Virus record (IMG/VR): IMGVR_UViG_3300031626_000002
Location: 1 to 59,879 of that record
Source of the DNA: a virus
Taxonomy: Duplodnaviria; Caudoviricetes
Length of the DNA stretch: 59,879 nucleotides
Reading direction: 5' to 3' (one strand)
The notes under the pieces are model-generated. The model saw nothing but the letters and a program-made list of their open reading frames with translations, ran no database searches and was not told the origin of the DNA. A program made the translations under genes and the position numbers. Positions 26,383-36,674 of the stretch are shown in pieces; position 1 is the stretch's first letter, and every line of letters starts with the position of its first letter.

Positions 26383-27873
26383 ATGGGATTTAGAGACTCA
26401 GATACCATAATTGCACCAATTGATGATGGTGGGAGCTTTGATACAGGAGAAGGCTCCACAAGCTCTACAAGTGAATCTGCTGCAAACGCATTAGCCGCTG
26501 CTAACTCTGCGGCAGCTGCTCTTGTTAGTGAGAATAATGCGGAAACATCAAAGACAAATGCAGCTGCCTCGGCATCAACTGCAACAACTAAGGCATCTGA
26601 GGCATCTACTTCTGCCACCAATGCAGCAACCTCAGCCACCACTGCAACCACAAAAGCTTCAGAGGCATCTACCTCTGCTAGTAATGCAGCGGCATCTAAG
26701 ACAGCTGCGGAGACTGCAGAAACAAATGCAGAAACTGCAGAAACAAACGCTGCAGCATCAGCATCAGCAGCTCAAACTGCAGAGACAAATGCGGAAACCG
26801 CTGAGACTAATGCGGGGACTTCGGAAACAAATGCAGCCGCCTCGGCATCCACCGCAACAACTAAAGCATCTGAAGCTTCTACTTCAGCTAGTAATGCGGC
26901 AACATCTGCAACATCTGCAAGCACTTCCGCCACCACTGCAACAACCAAAGCATCCGAAGCCTCTACCTCTGCCAGTACTGCAGCCACTTCCGAAACCAAT
27001 GCAGCGGCATCTAAGACAGGTGCGGAGACTGCGGAAACTAACGCAGAGACCGCTGAAACTAATGCAGCCGCTTCGGCATCAACTGCAACAACTAAAGCAT
27101 CTGAAGCATCTAATTCCGCAACATCTAGCGCAACATCCGCTACTACATCTGAAGCAGCTAGGGACGCTGCACTTGCCGCATTAGATTCATTTGATGATAG
27201 GTATTTAGGGGCTAAGGCATCTGATCCAACTTTAGATAATGATGGTAACGCACTAATCGCTGGTGCTTTATACTATAATACAACTGATAATGTTATGAAG
27301 GTATATACAGGATCTGTGTGGGTTGCTGCTTACGCTTCCCTAGAAGGTGCTCTACTTGTTGCCAACAACTTATCTGATCTTAATAATGCAGGGACAGCTA
27401 GGACAAACATCGGTTTGGGTATTGGTGTGGATGTTCAAGCATTCTCTTCAATTCTAGCAGCAACTACTGTATCTTACACAACAGCGTTAGATACGAAACT
27501 TTCAGGTATTGAGACTAATGCAACAGCAGATCAGACTGGTGCTCAAATTAAAACAGCCTATGAAGCAGAGGCAAACGCCTTTACCGATGCTCAGTTTACT
27601 AAGCTGGCTGGTATTGAAACTGGTGCAACTGCTGATCAGACTGGTGCACAGATTAAAGCAGCCTATGAAGGGGAGACAAGCGCCTTCACCGATGCTCAGT
27701 TTACTAAGCTGGCTGGTATCGCAACAGGAGCAGATGTTTCTTCAAGTACAGTAACACAAGCTTTTGTAAACAACTTAAACGTTGATGCTGAGACACTAGG
27801 TGGGGATACAAAAGCTACTATCCTCTCCACAGCAGAATCAAGCGCACTAGCTTTAGCAATAGCATTGGGATAA
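26383..27873 (+). CDS. Tail fibre protein with Ala/Ser/Thr repeats
   Basis: Repeated ATTKASEASTSA and AETAETNA; FDDRYLG..DPTLDNDG; repeated ADQTGAQIK.AYE...KLAGI; ends ALAIALG. Confidence 0.85.
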   Translation: MGFRDSDTIIAPIDDGGSFDTGEGSTSSTSESAANALAAANSAAAALVSENNAETSKTNAAASASTATTKASEASTSATNAATSATTATTKASEASTSASNAAASKTAAETAETNAETAETNAAASASAAQTAETNAETAETNAGTSETNAAASASTATTKASEASTSASNAATSATSASTSATTATTKASEASTSASTAATSETNAAASKTGAETAETNAETAETNAAASASTATTKASEASNSATSSATSATTSEAARDAALAALDSFDDRYLGAKASDPTLDNDGNALIAGALYYNTTDNVMKVYTGSVWVAAYASLEGALLVANNLSDLNNAGTARTNIGLGIGVDVQAFSSILAATTVSYTTALDTKLSGIETNATADQTGAQIKTAYEAEANAFTDAQFTKLAGIETGATADQTGAQIKAAYEGETSAFTDAQFTKLAGIATGADVSSSTVTQAFVNNLNVDAETLGGDTKATILSTAESSALALAIALG

Positions 27874-27879
27874 ATAAAA

Positions 27880-28188
27880 ATGGCAAACACATTCAAGAAT
27901 TACACGAGTGCATCTGTAGGTACAGGTGCCACTACAACTTACACCGTACCCTCTGCTACGACTTCTGTTATGATTGGTTGTAACCTGTCAAACAGGACTG
28001 CATCTCAGATTACTGTAGATGTTCAGGTAGCAGGGGTGTACTTAATCAAAGGAGCGCCTGTACCCTCAGGTTCCGCACTGTCTGTATTAGATGGTAAAAT
28101 TATCTTAGAGACCACAGATACTGTCGTTGTCACCTCTAACACAGCAACATCCTGTGATGTAATCGTAAGCGTACTGGAGCAAACATAA
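27880..28188 (+). CDS. Small tail-fibre-associated structural protein
   Basis: MANTFKN...YTVP...KIILE...SVLEQT beta-rich pattern. Confidence 0.75.
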   Translation: MANTFKNYTSASVGTGATTTYTVPSATTSVMIGCNLSNRTASQITVDVQVAGVYLIKGAPVPSGSALSVLDGKIILETTDTVVVTSNTATSCDVIVSVLEQT

Positions 28189-28189
28189 T

Positions 28190-29614
28190 ATGGCTGGTTA
28201 TATTGGTTCTAAGTCATCAGTCACCTTGGTTGATGGCTACACGGAAGCTGAGGCTGATGCTGAGTTTGTCAATGACCCTAACTCTGTAATTACTGTCAGT
28301 GGCTCTAATGTTGGGATTGGCACGGCAGCGCCTAGTTTCCCTCTCTCAGTTCAATCCAACTCAAGCGCAGAAGGTTTACTTATACTTGGAAGATCAAGCG
28401 ATGATATAGGTGAGATTGCGTTTCGTGAGAATGATAATTCTACGGCTTTAGGTGAACTGCAATATCGTCAAGATCATGCCATACTAAGGCATAGAGTAGG
28501 CGATCTGCGCTTTGCTACTGGTGGAACCACAGAACGTATGCGGATTTCAGCGTCAGGAAACGTGGGCATTGGGGCTACTTCTCCTACTGAGTTATTAACT
28601 GTAGGTAATACAAGTACACAGTACACACGGATGCAGTTTTATGCGGCAACTAATGGTGCTAGCACTATTCACTTTGGGGATGGTACATCTGGTGCAGATG
28701 ACTATCGAGGTTATCTAAACTATGCACACGATTCAAATAGTATGCAATTTGCTACCAATGGCACAGAACGTATGCGCATCGACTCGTCAGGCAATGTGCT
28801 TGTGGGTAAGACGAGTGCAGCGTATAATACGGATGGTTTCCAAATTCAGTCTAATGGCATTTCTGGAGCAACCACCTCTTCTGGCAGACCATTTTTTGCA
28901 AACAGGAAAGGTAGTGACGGCACAATTATTGACCTCTACAAAGACGGCTCCACGGTGGGGAGTATTGGTAATCTTGGAAACTATATTTATGTGGCGTCTC
29001 TTGGTCCAAGCGCACGGGGCATCAAGATTACAGACAATCTTATTGCTTCCACTACTACAGGCGCTAATAACGACAATGCTATGGACTTGGGTGGGTCTAG
29101 TGTTCGTTGGCAAGACGTATACGCCACCAACGGCACGATCCAAACATCTGACCGCAACGAGAAGCAAGACATTGAAGCACTCAACGAAGCTGAGACTGCT
29201 GTAGCTGTAGCCTGCAAGGGTCTACTTCGTAAGTTCCGCTGGATAGATGCTGTAGCTGAGAAGGGTGACGATGCCCGTATTCACTTTGGTATCATCGCAC
29301 AGGACTTGCAGGATGCTTTTGCAGCACAGGGTTTAGACGCTGGTCGTTACGCCATGTTCATCTCAGGTACTTGGTGGGAAGCTGACCGTGTAATCCCCGC
29401 TGTAGAGGCTGTAGCTGAAGTCACTGAGACAACTACAGATGAAGACGGTAACGATGTTGTAACAGTTATAACTGAGGCAGTAGAAGCCGTAGCTGAACAG
29501 ACAGTCACAGATACATTCGAGAAAATAGAAGAGGCCCCAGAGGGTGCCACAGAACGTACCCGTCTTGGTGTTCGTTACCCTGAGCTTCTCGCATTTATTA
29601 TAGGAGCCTTATAA
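28190..29614 (+). CDS. Tail fibre with C-terminal intramolecular chaperone (Peptidase_S74)
   Basis: ERMRI.SSGNVGIG repeats; TSDRNEKQDI...HFGIIAQD...GVRYPEL. Confidence 0.9.
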   Translation: MAGYIGSKSSVTLVDGYTEAEADAEFVNDPNSVITVSGSNVGIGTAAPSFPLSVQSNSSAEGLLILGRSSDDIGEIAFRENDNSTALGELQYRQDHAILRHRVGDLRFATGGTTERMRISASGNVGIGATSPTELLTVGNTSTQYTRMQFYAATNGASTIHFGDGTSGADDYRGYLNYAHDSNSMQFATNGTERMRIDSSGNVLVGKTSAAYNTDGFQIQSNGISGATTSSGRPFFANRKGSDGTIIDLYKDGSTVGSIGNLGNYIYVASLGPSARGIKITDNLIASTTTGANNDNAMDLGGSSVRWQDVYATNGTIQTSDRNEKQDIEALNEAETAVAVACKGLLRKFRWIDAVAEKGDDARIHFGIIAQDLQDAFAAQGLDAGRYAMFISGTWWEADRVIPAVEAVAEVTETTTDEDGNDVVTVITEAVEAVAEQTVTDTFEKIEEAPEGATERTRLGVRYPELLAFIIGAL

Positions 29615-30690
29615 TGTCAGGATATATCGGCACACAGCCTGTCCCTCAGGCTACCCAAACGAGGGATACTTTCACAGCAACCTCAGGTCAAACCTCATTT
29701 GCCACAAGTGGGTATACCCCAAACTACCTCGACGTGTTCCTCAATGGCGTTAAGCTGGCTGCTGCTGACTATACGGCAAGCAATGGTAGTGACGTTGTTC
29801 TGGCAGTGGGGGCAACTACAGGGGATATCCTTGAGGTTGTCGCTTATACTACCTTTGAAATCTCAGGTGTTACTGGGCTAACCCCAAGCATCACAGACAA
29901 TGGTAACGCCACGGCTATTACTATTGATAGCTCAGAACGTGTGCTAGTTGGAAAAACAACCACAGGTTTAGGAAATAAGGGTGCTGAGTTAGACCCAGAA
30001 GGCCAGTTAAAAGCAACATCGAATGGTGTTGTAACGATGTATTTAAATCGACAAACCTCAGATGGCACTATTGCAGAGTTCCGCAAAGACAACACCACGG
30101 TGGGGAGTATTGGGGTAAGTGGCAGCGAACTTTTTATTGGTTCTACGTCCGGCACTGATTCCTACTTAGGTTTTGGTAGTGATATACTAAAACCCGTGAC
30201 AAGCACAGGGGCGGCTAGATCTGGTGCTATTAATTTGGGTAATGCGAATGCCAAATGGAAAGACCTCTACCTCTCAGGCGGTGTTTACCTCGGCGGAACT
30301 GGGGCGGCTAATTATCTAAGTGACTATGAAACTGGGACTTGGACTCTCGGAGTAACAATCGGTGGGTCAGCCCAAACACTTTCAGGGCCAGTTGCCACTT
30401 ATACTAAAGTTGGAAACACAGTAAGTATTAGGATGCGGGTCGGTTTTAGCAAATCTGGGAGTGGTGTTGTCAATATCACTGGCTTGCCTTTTGCTTCTAG
30501 TTTCGGGTCAACTGTGTCTGTTCCGATTGGTTGTCAAGTGGGCAGCGTCACAAGTACGGCAGCGTTATTTGCTAATATAGATTCTGCAACAACTATTGTG
30601 CATTTAGCAGACCAAGCAGGTGATTTAACAGATGCTGATTTTGCCTCAACGGCTTATGTCTTTTCCTCATTCACATATCAAGCAGGGTAA
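29614..30690 (+). CDS. Tail fibre / receptor-binding protein
   Basis: MSGYIG start, ATSGQTSF...DVFLNGVKL, LSDYETGTWT...YTKVGNTV. Confidence 0.85.
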   Translation: MSGYIGTQPVPQATQTRDTFTATSGQTSFATSGYTPNYLDVFLNGVKLAAADYTASNGSDVVLAVGATTGDILEVVAYTTFEISGVTGLTPSITDNGNATAITIDSSERVLVGKTTTGLGNKGAELDPEGQLKATSNGVVTMYLNRQTSDGTIAEFRKDNTTVGSIGVSGSELFIGSTSGTDSYLGFGSDILKPVTSTGAARSGAINLGNANAKWKDLYLSGGVYLGGTGAANYLSDYETGTWTLGVTIGGSAQTLSGPVATYTKVGNTVSIRMRVGFSKSGSGVVNITGLPFASSFGSTVSVPIGCQVGSVTSTAALFANIDSATTIVHLADQAGDLTDADFASTAYVFSSFTYQAG

Positions 30691-30739
30691 CTCCACACCA
30701 TAGGGGTCGGACAGTCCAACCATCATAGGAGATAAACAG

Positions 30740-30991
30740 ATGGCACTAACAGAAGAAACAGTACAAGACAAAATCGAAATCGTAGGCGACTACAAGCACA
30801 TCCAAGTGCGAACAGCCACGGTCATCAAACGTGACGGAGATGAGATTAGCCGTGCGTTCAGCCGCCATGTCGTTGCACCTAACGATGACATCACAGGTGA
30901 GTCCACTGAGGTACAAGCCATTTGCGCTGCGGTACACACGGATGCTGTCAAGGAGGCATACGCTGCTCACCTAGCCGCACAGGAGGTTTAA
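30740..30991 (+). CDS. Tail-fibre-associated small protein (chaperone-like)
   Basis: MALTEETVQDKIEIVG...IQVRTATVIKRDG. Confidence 0.7.
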   Translation: MALTEETVQDKIEIVGDYKHIQVRTATVIKRDGDEISRAFSRHVVAPNDDITGESTEVQAICAAVHTDAVKEAYAAHLAAQEV

Positions 30992-30994
30992 GCT

Positions 30995-33900
30995 ATGAGT
31001 AAATCAAGAGACATAGCTGATAGCACCAAGACACTTGATGTCGATGGCGGCACAATCAAGCTGGACGGTAACTATCCTGTTGGTACGAACAACGTGGCGT
31101 TGGGTGATGCTGCGTTGGATAGTAATGTGTCTGGCGCACAGAACACAGCTATTGGTTCTGACGCATTAACTGCCAATACTGCGGATGATAATACGGCTGT
31201 CGGCTGGTCTGCTATGAGTGCGAATACTACGGGGTCTTTAAACGCCGCAGTAGGAAGAAGCGCATTATCTTTAAATACAACAGGCAGTTCTAATACTGCT
31301 TTGGGGTATGCTCCGCTATCTAACAACACTTCTGGTGGAAGCAATGTAGCCATTGGTCGTCAAGCACTCCTGAACAACACCACCGCATCCAACAACACGG
31401 CAGTGGGGTATCAGGCTGGGTATAGTAATACTACGGGTATTCGTTTGTCGGCCCTTGGGTATCAGGCATTATACACAAACACTACTGGCACAGACAACGA
31501 TGCCTTTGGACACCAAGCCCTCCGCACTAATAACGGAAACTATAATCAAGCGTTTGGTCGTTATGCTCTGTATAGTAATACTACTGGCACAAGTAATGTA
31601 GCTATGGGTTCTAACCCTTTGTATACAAATACTACAGGTAGCTATAACGTAGCCTTGGGCATGGAGTCACTATTCTCCAACACCACCGCAAGTTTCAACA
31701 CTGCAATGGGGTATCAGGCTGGGTATAGTAATACTACTGGCACTGCTATGACCGCAATTGGTTATAAAGCTGGGTATGCAAATACTACTGGGGCTGATTT
31801 AACTGCAATTGGTTGGCAAGCTGGGGTAGCATCTACTGGAGCAAACAATACTTTTGTTGGCTCTCAGGCGGGAATTGCAAACCTTGCGGGTTCTGAGAAT
31901 ACTTTTGTTGGTAGGATTTCTGGTGATGCTAATACAACTGGCTCTCAAAACGCTTCCTTTGGGTATTGGTCTTTGTCCGACAACACTACTGGCGCATACA
32001 ACGTAGCTTTAGGAAGCAGCGCACTCAAAGCAAACACCACCGCCTCTAACAACACGGCAGTTGGGTATCAGGCGGCATACTCTACAACGACAGGCAGCTA
32101 CAGCACCTCTGTTGGCTATCAAGCACACTATTCAAATACAACTGGTCGCAACTCTGCTTTGGGTTATGTTGCCCTGCGTTCAAATACAACTGGCACAAAC
32201 AACACAGCGGTTGGGGATAGCTCCCTCTACGCAAATACCACCGCCTCCTACAACACGGCAGTTGGGTATCAGTCTCTTACCTCAAACACCACTGGCACAC
32301 GTAATGTTGGCGTTGGTTATAACACTCTTAGCCTCAACACTACTGCAAATGACAATACATCTGTTGGGCATGATGCGCTTGATGTAAACACTACTGGTGT
32401 TTCTAACACGGCACTGGGTAGTTCTGCATTAGGCTCCAACACCACAGCAAGCTATAATACAGCAGTAGGACACCATTCGTTAAAACTTAACACTACAGGC
32501 TCAGAAAACGCAGGGTTTGGTTCTTTCTCTTTACAAGCTAATACTACAGGCGGTAGTAACACTGCCTTGGGGTATCAAGCATTAGATGGAAACACTACTG
32601 GTAGTAATAGTGTAGCAATAGGTAGAGATGCGTTAGTTGCAAACACCACCGCAGACAACAACACAGCAGTTGGGTATCAAGCTGGGTATGCTAATACTAC
32701 TGGGACGCAAAATACCGCTTTAGGCCGTGTGGCTATGCGAACAAACACGACAGGCAATTACAACGTGTCCGTGGGTTCGGTTGCCCTTTACTACAATACT
32801 ACTGGGTCTAATAATACTGCATTAGGCACACAAGCGTTAAACAACAACACCACCGCCTCCGACAGCACCGCAGTGGGGTATCAGGCGTTATATTCAAATA
32901 CTACTGGCTCTGTTAACACCGCCGTTGGATTTAAAGCGGGTTATGCCAACACGACAGGTATTGTTATTGATGCTTTTGGCTATCAAACTTTAGATGCCAA
33001 CACGACAGGCGAAAGAAACGCAGCGTTTGGTGCGGTAGCTTTAAGTAGCAATACAACAGGTTCTTACAACATTGCTGTTGGTAACAACGCCCTAGCCTCC
33101 AACACCACCGCCTCCAACAACACAGCAGTTGGGTATAATGCGGCTTACAGTAATACTACGGGTTCAGAAAATTCTGCGTTTGGTAAAGAAGCGTTAAAGT
33201 TCAATACTACAGGCTATTACAACGCTGCGTTTGGTCATAATGCTATGCGGGATAACACTGAGGGTTTTGAAAATTCTGCGTTTGGTATGGTGGCATTGCT
33301 TGAAAATACTACGGGTGATTACAATACGGCTTTAGGTACGAGAGCATTACAAAATGCTACAACGGCTGATGCAAATACTGCGGTTGGACGTTCGGCTCTT
33401 GTATCAAACACCACAGGCTCAGGCAATGTTGCGTCTGGTTATTTATCTATGGAAAATAACACAACAGGGTCCAATAACGTAGCACTTGGTAGGCAGTCTC
33501 TAGACCAAAACACCACCGCATCCAGCAACACAGCGGTTGGGTATCAGGCTGGGTATGCGGCTACTCAGGGGGCCAACACATTTGTAGGTCAGTGGGCGGG
33601 ATACAATGCGGCAACTGGAGAGTCTAACACTTATGTAGGGTATGCTTCTGGGACTAACAGCGGGACAGGAAGTGGTAGTAATAACTCTTTCTTTGGCAGA
33701 GATTCAGGATTATACGTTACATCAGGCTCAAAGAACACCATCCTTGGCAGCTACAACGGCAACCAAGGCGGCTTGGACATCCGCACCTCAAGCAACAACA
33801 TCGTGCTGTCTGATGGGGATGGTAATCCTAGGATGTGGGTTTCAGGTGGTGGAGATACTTTCTTTGGTAAATTTACTTCTGGTTTGACTAATACTCCTGG

Positions 33901-34366
33901 AGTTACCATATTTGACTACTCTAGGGCAGTATCTCTAACAACAAATAATAGTGTTTACCCATCTCTTACAACAAACCAAGTTGGTTTTGGTGGAACAACT
34001 ATAAGTTTTAGATACACCAATGCCCAGTCAGGGAATATAGCAACACTAAGCAATTCGGTGCAATTTAATACTTCATCAGACTACAGATTAAAAACTGATG
34101 TTCAGCCTATGGTAGGGGCATCAGAACGTCTTCTGAAACTTAAACCAGTAAACTTTGCTTGGGTTTCAACTGGTAATCGTGTTGATGGTTTTCTTGCACA
34201 TGAAGCACAGGCAGTTGTACCAGAAGCAGTACATGGCACACACAACGAAGTTGACGATGATGGCGTTGCTGTAATGCAAGGCATCGACCAATCCAAACTT
34301 GTCCCGCTTCTAGTTAAAACTATCCAAGAACTTGAAGCACGTATCACAGCCCTAGAAGGAGCATAA
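30995..34366 (+). CDS. Long repeat tail fibre/adhesin with Peptidase_S74 chaperone
   Basis: Dozens of 14-aa NTTGxxNxAxGxxA repeats; SSDYRLK...GFLAHE...IDQSKLVPLLVKTIQEL. Confidence 0.9.
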   Translation: MSKSRDIADSTKTLDVDGGTIKLDGNYPVGTNNVALGDAALDSNVSGAQNTAIGSDALTANTADDNTAVGWSAMSANTTGSLNAAVGRSALSLNTTGSSNTALGYAPLSNNTSGGSNVAIGRQALLNNTTASNNTAVGYQAGYSNTTGIRLSALGYQALYTNTTGTDNDAFGHQALRTNNGNYNQAFGRYALYSNTTGTSNVAMGSNPLYTNTTGSYNVALGMESLFSNTTASFNTAMGYQAGYSNTTGTAMTAIGYKAGYANTTGADLTAIGWQAGVASTGANNTFVGSQAGIANLAGSENTFVGRISGDANTTGSQNASFGYWSLSDNTTGAYNVALGSSALKANTTASNNTAVGYQAAYSTTTGSYSTSVGYQAHYSNTTGRNSALGYVALRSNTTGTNNTAVGDSSLYANTTASYNTAVGYQSLTSNTTGTRNVGVGYNTLSLNTTANDNTSVGHDALDVNTTGVSNTALGSSALGSNTTASYNTAVGHHSLKLNTTGSENAGFGSFSLQANTTGGSNTALGYQALDGNTTGSNSVAIGRDALVANTTADNNTAVGYQAGYANTTGTQNTALGRVAMRTNTTGNYNVSVGSVALYYNTTGSNNTALGTQALNNNTTASDSTAVGYQALYSNTTGSVNTAVGFKAGYANTTGIVIDAFGYQTLDANTTGERNAAFGAVALSSNTTGSYNIAVGNNALASNTTASNNTAVGYNAAYSNTTGSENSAFGKEALKFNTTGYYNAAFGHNAMRDNTEGFENSAFGMVALLENTTGDYNTALGTRALQNATTADANTAVGRSALVSNTTGSGNVASGYLSMENNTTGSNNVALGRQSLDQNTTASSNTAVGYQAGYAATQGANTFVGQWAGYNAATGESNTYVGYASGTNSGTGSGSNNSFFGRDSGLYVTSGSKNTILGSYNGNQGGLDIRTSSNNIVLSDGDGNPRMWVSGGGDTFFGKFTSGLTNTPGVTIFDYSRAVSLTTNNSVYPSLTTNQVGFGGTTISFRYTNAQSGNIATLSNSVQFNTSSDYRLKTDVQPMVGASERLLKLKPVNFAWVSTGNRVDGFLAHEAQAVVPEAVHGTHNEVDDDGVAVMQGIDQSKLVPLLVKTIQELEARITALEGA

Positions 34367-34368
34367 CT

Positions 34369-34584
34369 ATGACTGACGCACCAACCACAGAAGAAATCGC
34401 AGCACACTACACAGCAATGGGTCACTCAGTTGACTTGATTAACGCTGGTCAACCAGAGGATATGTCCGATGAAGATTGGGCAGACACAGTGTCTCGCAAT
34501 GTCGAGCATCTGGTACTGATGGTAGCTAAAGACTACTGGACTACAGAAGATATGACCGCTGCCAACGCTGCAATCGCAGCTTAA
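34369..34584 (+). CDS. Small tail-associated protein
   Basis: AAGGAG RBS; follows the fibre gene. Confidence 0.7.
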   Translation: MTDAPTTEEIAAHYTAMGHSVDLINAGQPEDMSDEDWADTVSRNVEHLVLMVAKDYWTTEDMTAANAAIAA

Positions 34585-34600
34585 CTTAAAGGAGACTGTC

Positions 34601-34813
34601 ATGGGTAAAAATGAAAAGAACCTCATCACTGTCAACGACATCGAATACAATGTAGATGACTTCACTGACGCACAGAAGACTATGCTTAATCATGTAAGCG
34701 ATTTAGATCGTAAGCTGGGTTCCGCACAGTTTAACTTAGATCAGCTTAACGTGGGCCGTGAGGCTTTTGTTGGGATGCTGGCTGGATCTCTCGAAGCACC
34801 AGCGGAAGATTAG
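34601..34813 (+). CDS. Small coiled-coil protein
   Basis: AAGGAG RBS. Confidence 0.7.
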   Translation: MGKNEKNLITVNDIEYNVDDFTDAQKTMLNHVSDLDRKLGSAQFNLDQLNVGREAFVGMLAGSLEAPAED

Positions 34814-34815
34814 TA

Positions 34816-34836
34816 TTCTCTAAGTTCCTTATAGGG
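34816..34836 (+). promoter_or_regulatory. Putative phage RNAP promoter
   Basis: TTCTCTAAGTTCCTTATAGGG; upstream of the RNR, nozzle and ejection genes. Confidence 0.82.
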
Positions 34837-34893
34837 GGGTCTAAGGATCCCCCTTCGGATTAATTAACATATAACAATATCACGAGGATATAC

Positions 34894-36648
34894 ATGCGCA
34901 ACATTACTTATGAGGGTCCATCTACTCCCTTGTCTCAAGAATTAGATGAAATGAAGTACAGACAAAAGGGAGAGACCTTTGATGGTAAGGTTAAGCGCAT
35001 TGCACGATCATTGTGTGATAGTGTGGAACACCAATGGATTCTAGAAGACATCATTGGTCTACAACGATTCCTCCCAGCTGGTAGGGTACAGTCTGCGATG
35101 GGAGCAGGTAAGCTTGTTACTGCTTACAACTGTTTTGTATCAGGTGATATTAAGGATAGTATGGATTCTATTATGGATCGTGCTAAAGAAGCAGCAGAAA
35201 CAATGCGAAGAGGAGGTGGTATAGGTTATGATTTCTCTAAAGTACGCCCTAGGGGTACTCAAATCAAGTCATTGGAGAGCCAAGCAAGTGGGCCTATCTC
35301 TTTTATGTCTATCTTTGATGCAGTATGTCAAACAATTAGTAGTTCCGGTCATCGACGCGGGGCACAAATGGGCGTACTCCGCATTGACCATCCGGATATC
35401 GTTGATTTCATTACTGCTAAACGTAATTCTGATAAGCTTACTGGTTTCAACATATCGCTAGGCATTACTGATAAGTTCATGGAGGCTCTCTCTAAGGAAG
35501 ATGATAGCTTTGATCTAGTCTTTGATGGTATTGTACATGAGACAGTCTCTGCAAATGAGATCTGGGAATTGGCAATGGAGTCTACATGGGATTGGGCTGA
35601 GCCTGGTGTCTTGTTTATTGATCGTATCCAAGAAATGAATAACCTATACTACTGTGAGACAATATCGGCTACCAATCCATGCGGTGAGCAGCCCTTACCA
35701 CCTTATGGTGCTTGTCTCCTAGGCTCTTTCAACTGCACTAAATATACAATTAAAAATAAAAATGGTAAATACACATTCGACTTTGCTCAATTTAAGGAAG
35801 ACATCCCCCACGTTGTTCGTGCTATGGATAACGTTGTTGATCGTACTATCTACCCCTTAAAGGAGCAAGAGGATGAGGCAAAGAATAAGCGGAGAATGGG
35901 ACTCGGCGTTACAGGTCTTGCTAATGCAGGCGAGATGCTTGGATTCGAGTATGGCTCTAAGCCGTTCCTGCGATGGATGGAAAAAGTCTTCGCATGTCTC
36001 AGAGACAACACCTACTACGCATCAGCAAAACTCGCAGAAGAGAAGGGAGCATTCCCCCTCTATCGTGAAGACTACCTAAAGGGTAACTTCATTCGTACAC
36101 TCCCAGCATTTGTCCAAAAGGAGATCCGAAAGTATGGTATTAGGAACAGCCACCTCACATCTATTGCGCCTACTGGGACAATCTCCCTCGTGGCAGATAA
36201 CATCAGTGGTGGAATCGAACCAGTCTTTTCACATTCATACGAGCGTACCATCCAGACTTTTGACGGACCACGTTATGATAACGTTAAGGACTATGCTTTC
36301 GCACGAGGAGTTGCAGGACGAAAGGCAGATGACATTTCAGTTCATGAACACTTAGCTGTTCTGACATTAGCCCAGCACTACATCGACAGTGCTTGTTCTA
36401 AAACCTGCAATGTGGGAGATGATGTTAGCTATGATGATTTCAAACGTGTTTACGAAACGGCATGGAAAGAGGGAGCCAAGGGCTGTACTACATTTAGGCT
36501 CTCTGGAAAACGCTACGGAATCTTCAATGAGACCGTGGAAGAAAAAGCGGAGACAGAGGGCCAGATTGAAATCCCTTCAGAGGCGGATGGAGAGAAAGCA
36601 GAGGCGTGTTTTTTTGATCCGACTACTGGGCAGCGAGAGTGCTCGTGA
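34894..36648 (+). CDS. nrdJ: Class II (adenosylcobalamin-dependent) ribonucleotide reductase
   Basis: NCFV, GGGIG, RRGAQM, TNPCGEQPL, IAPTGTIS, C-terminal Cys pair; no beta-subunit gene recognised in the genome. Confidence 0.9.
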   Translation: MRNITYEGPSTPLSQELDEMKYRQKGETFDGKVKRIARSLCDSVEHQWILEDIIGLQRFLPAGRVQSAMGAGKLVTAYNCFVSGDIKDSMDSIMDRAKEAAETMRRGGGIGYDFSKVRPRGTQIKSLESQASGPISFMSIFDAVCQTISSSGHRRGAQMGVLRIDHPDIVDFITAKRNSDKLTGFNISLGITDKFMEALSKEDDSFDLVFDGIVHETVSANEIWELAMESTWDWAEPGVLFIDRIQEMNNLYYCETISATNPCGEQPLPPYGACLLGSFNCTKYTIKNKNGKYTFDFAQFKEDIPHVVRAMDNVVDRTIYPLKEQEDEAKNKRRMGLGVTGLANAGEMLGFEYGSKPFLRWMEKVFACLRDNTYYASAKLAEEKGAFPLYREDYLKGNFIRTLPAFVQKEIRKYGIRNSHLTSIAPTGTISLVADNISGGIEPVFSHSYERTIQTFDGPRYDNVKDYAFARGVAGRKADDISVHEHLAVLTLAQHYIDSACSKTCNVGDDVSYDDFKRVYETAWKEGAKGCTTFRLSGKRYGIFNETVEEKAETEGQIEIPSEADGEKAEACFFDPTTGQRECS

Positions 36649-36674
36649 GTTATTAGATTAAATAGGAGGTAGCG

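Noticed and set aside
26522-27184. 220-aa alternative-frame ORF within the tail fibre
   Set aside because: Gln/Leu/His/Pro-rich shadow of the Ala/Ser/Thr repeat codons.
28190-34366. Diversity-generating retroelement acting on tail fibres
   Set aside because: No reverse transcriptase and no template/variable repeat pair with adenine-specific differences noticed.
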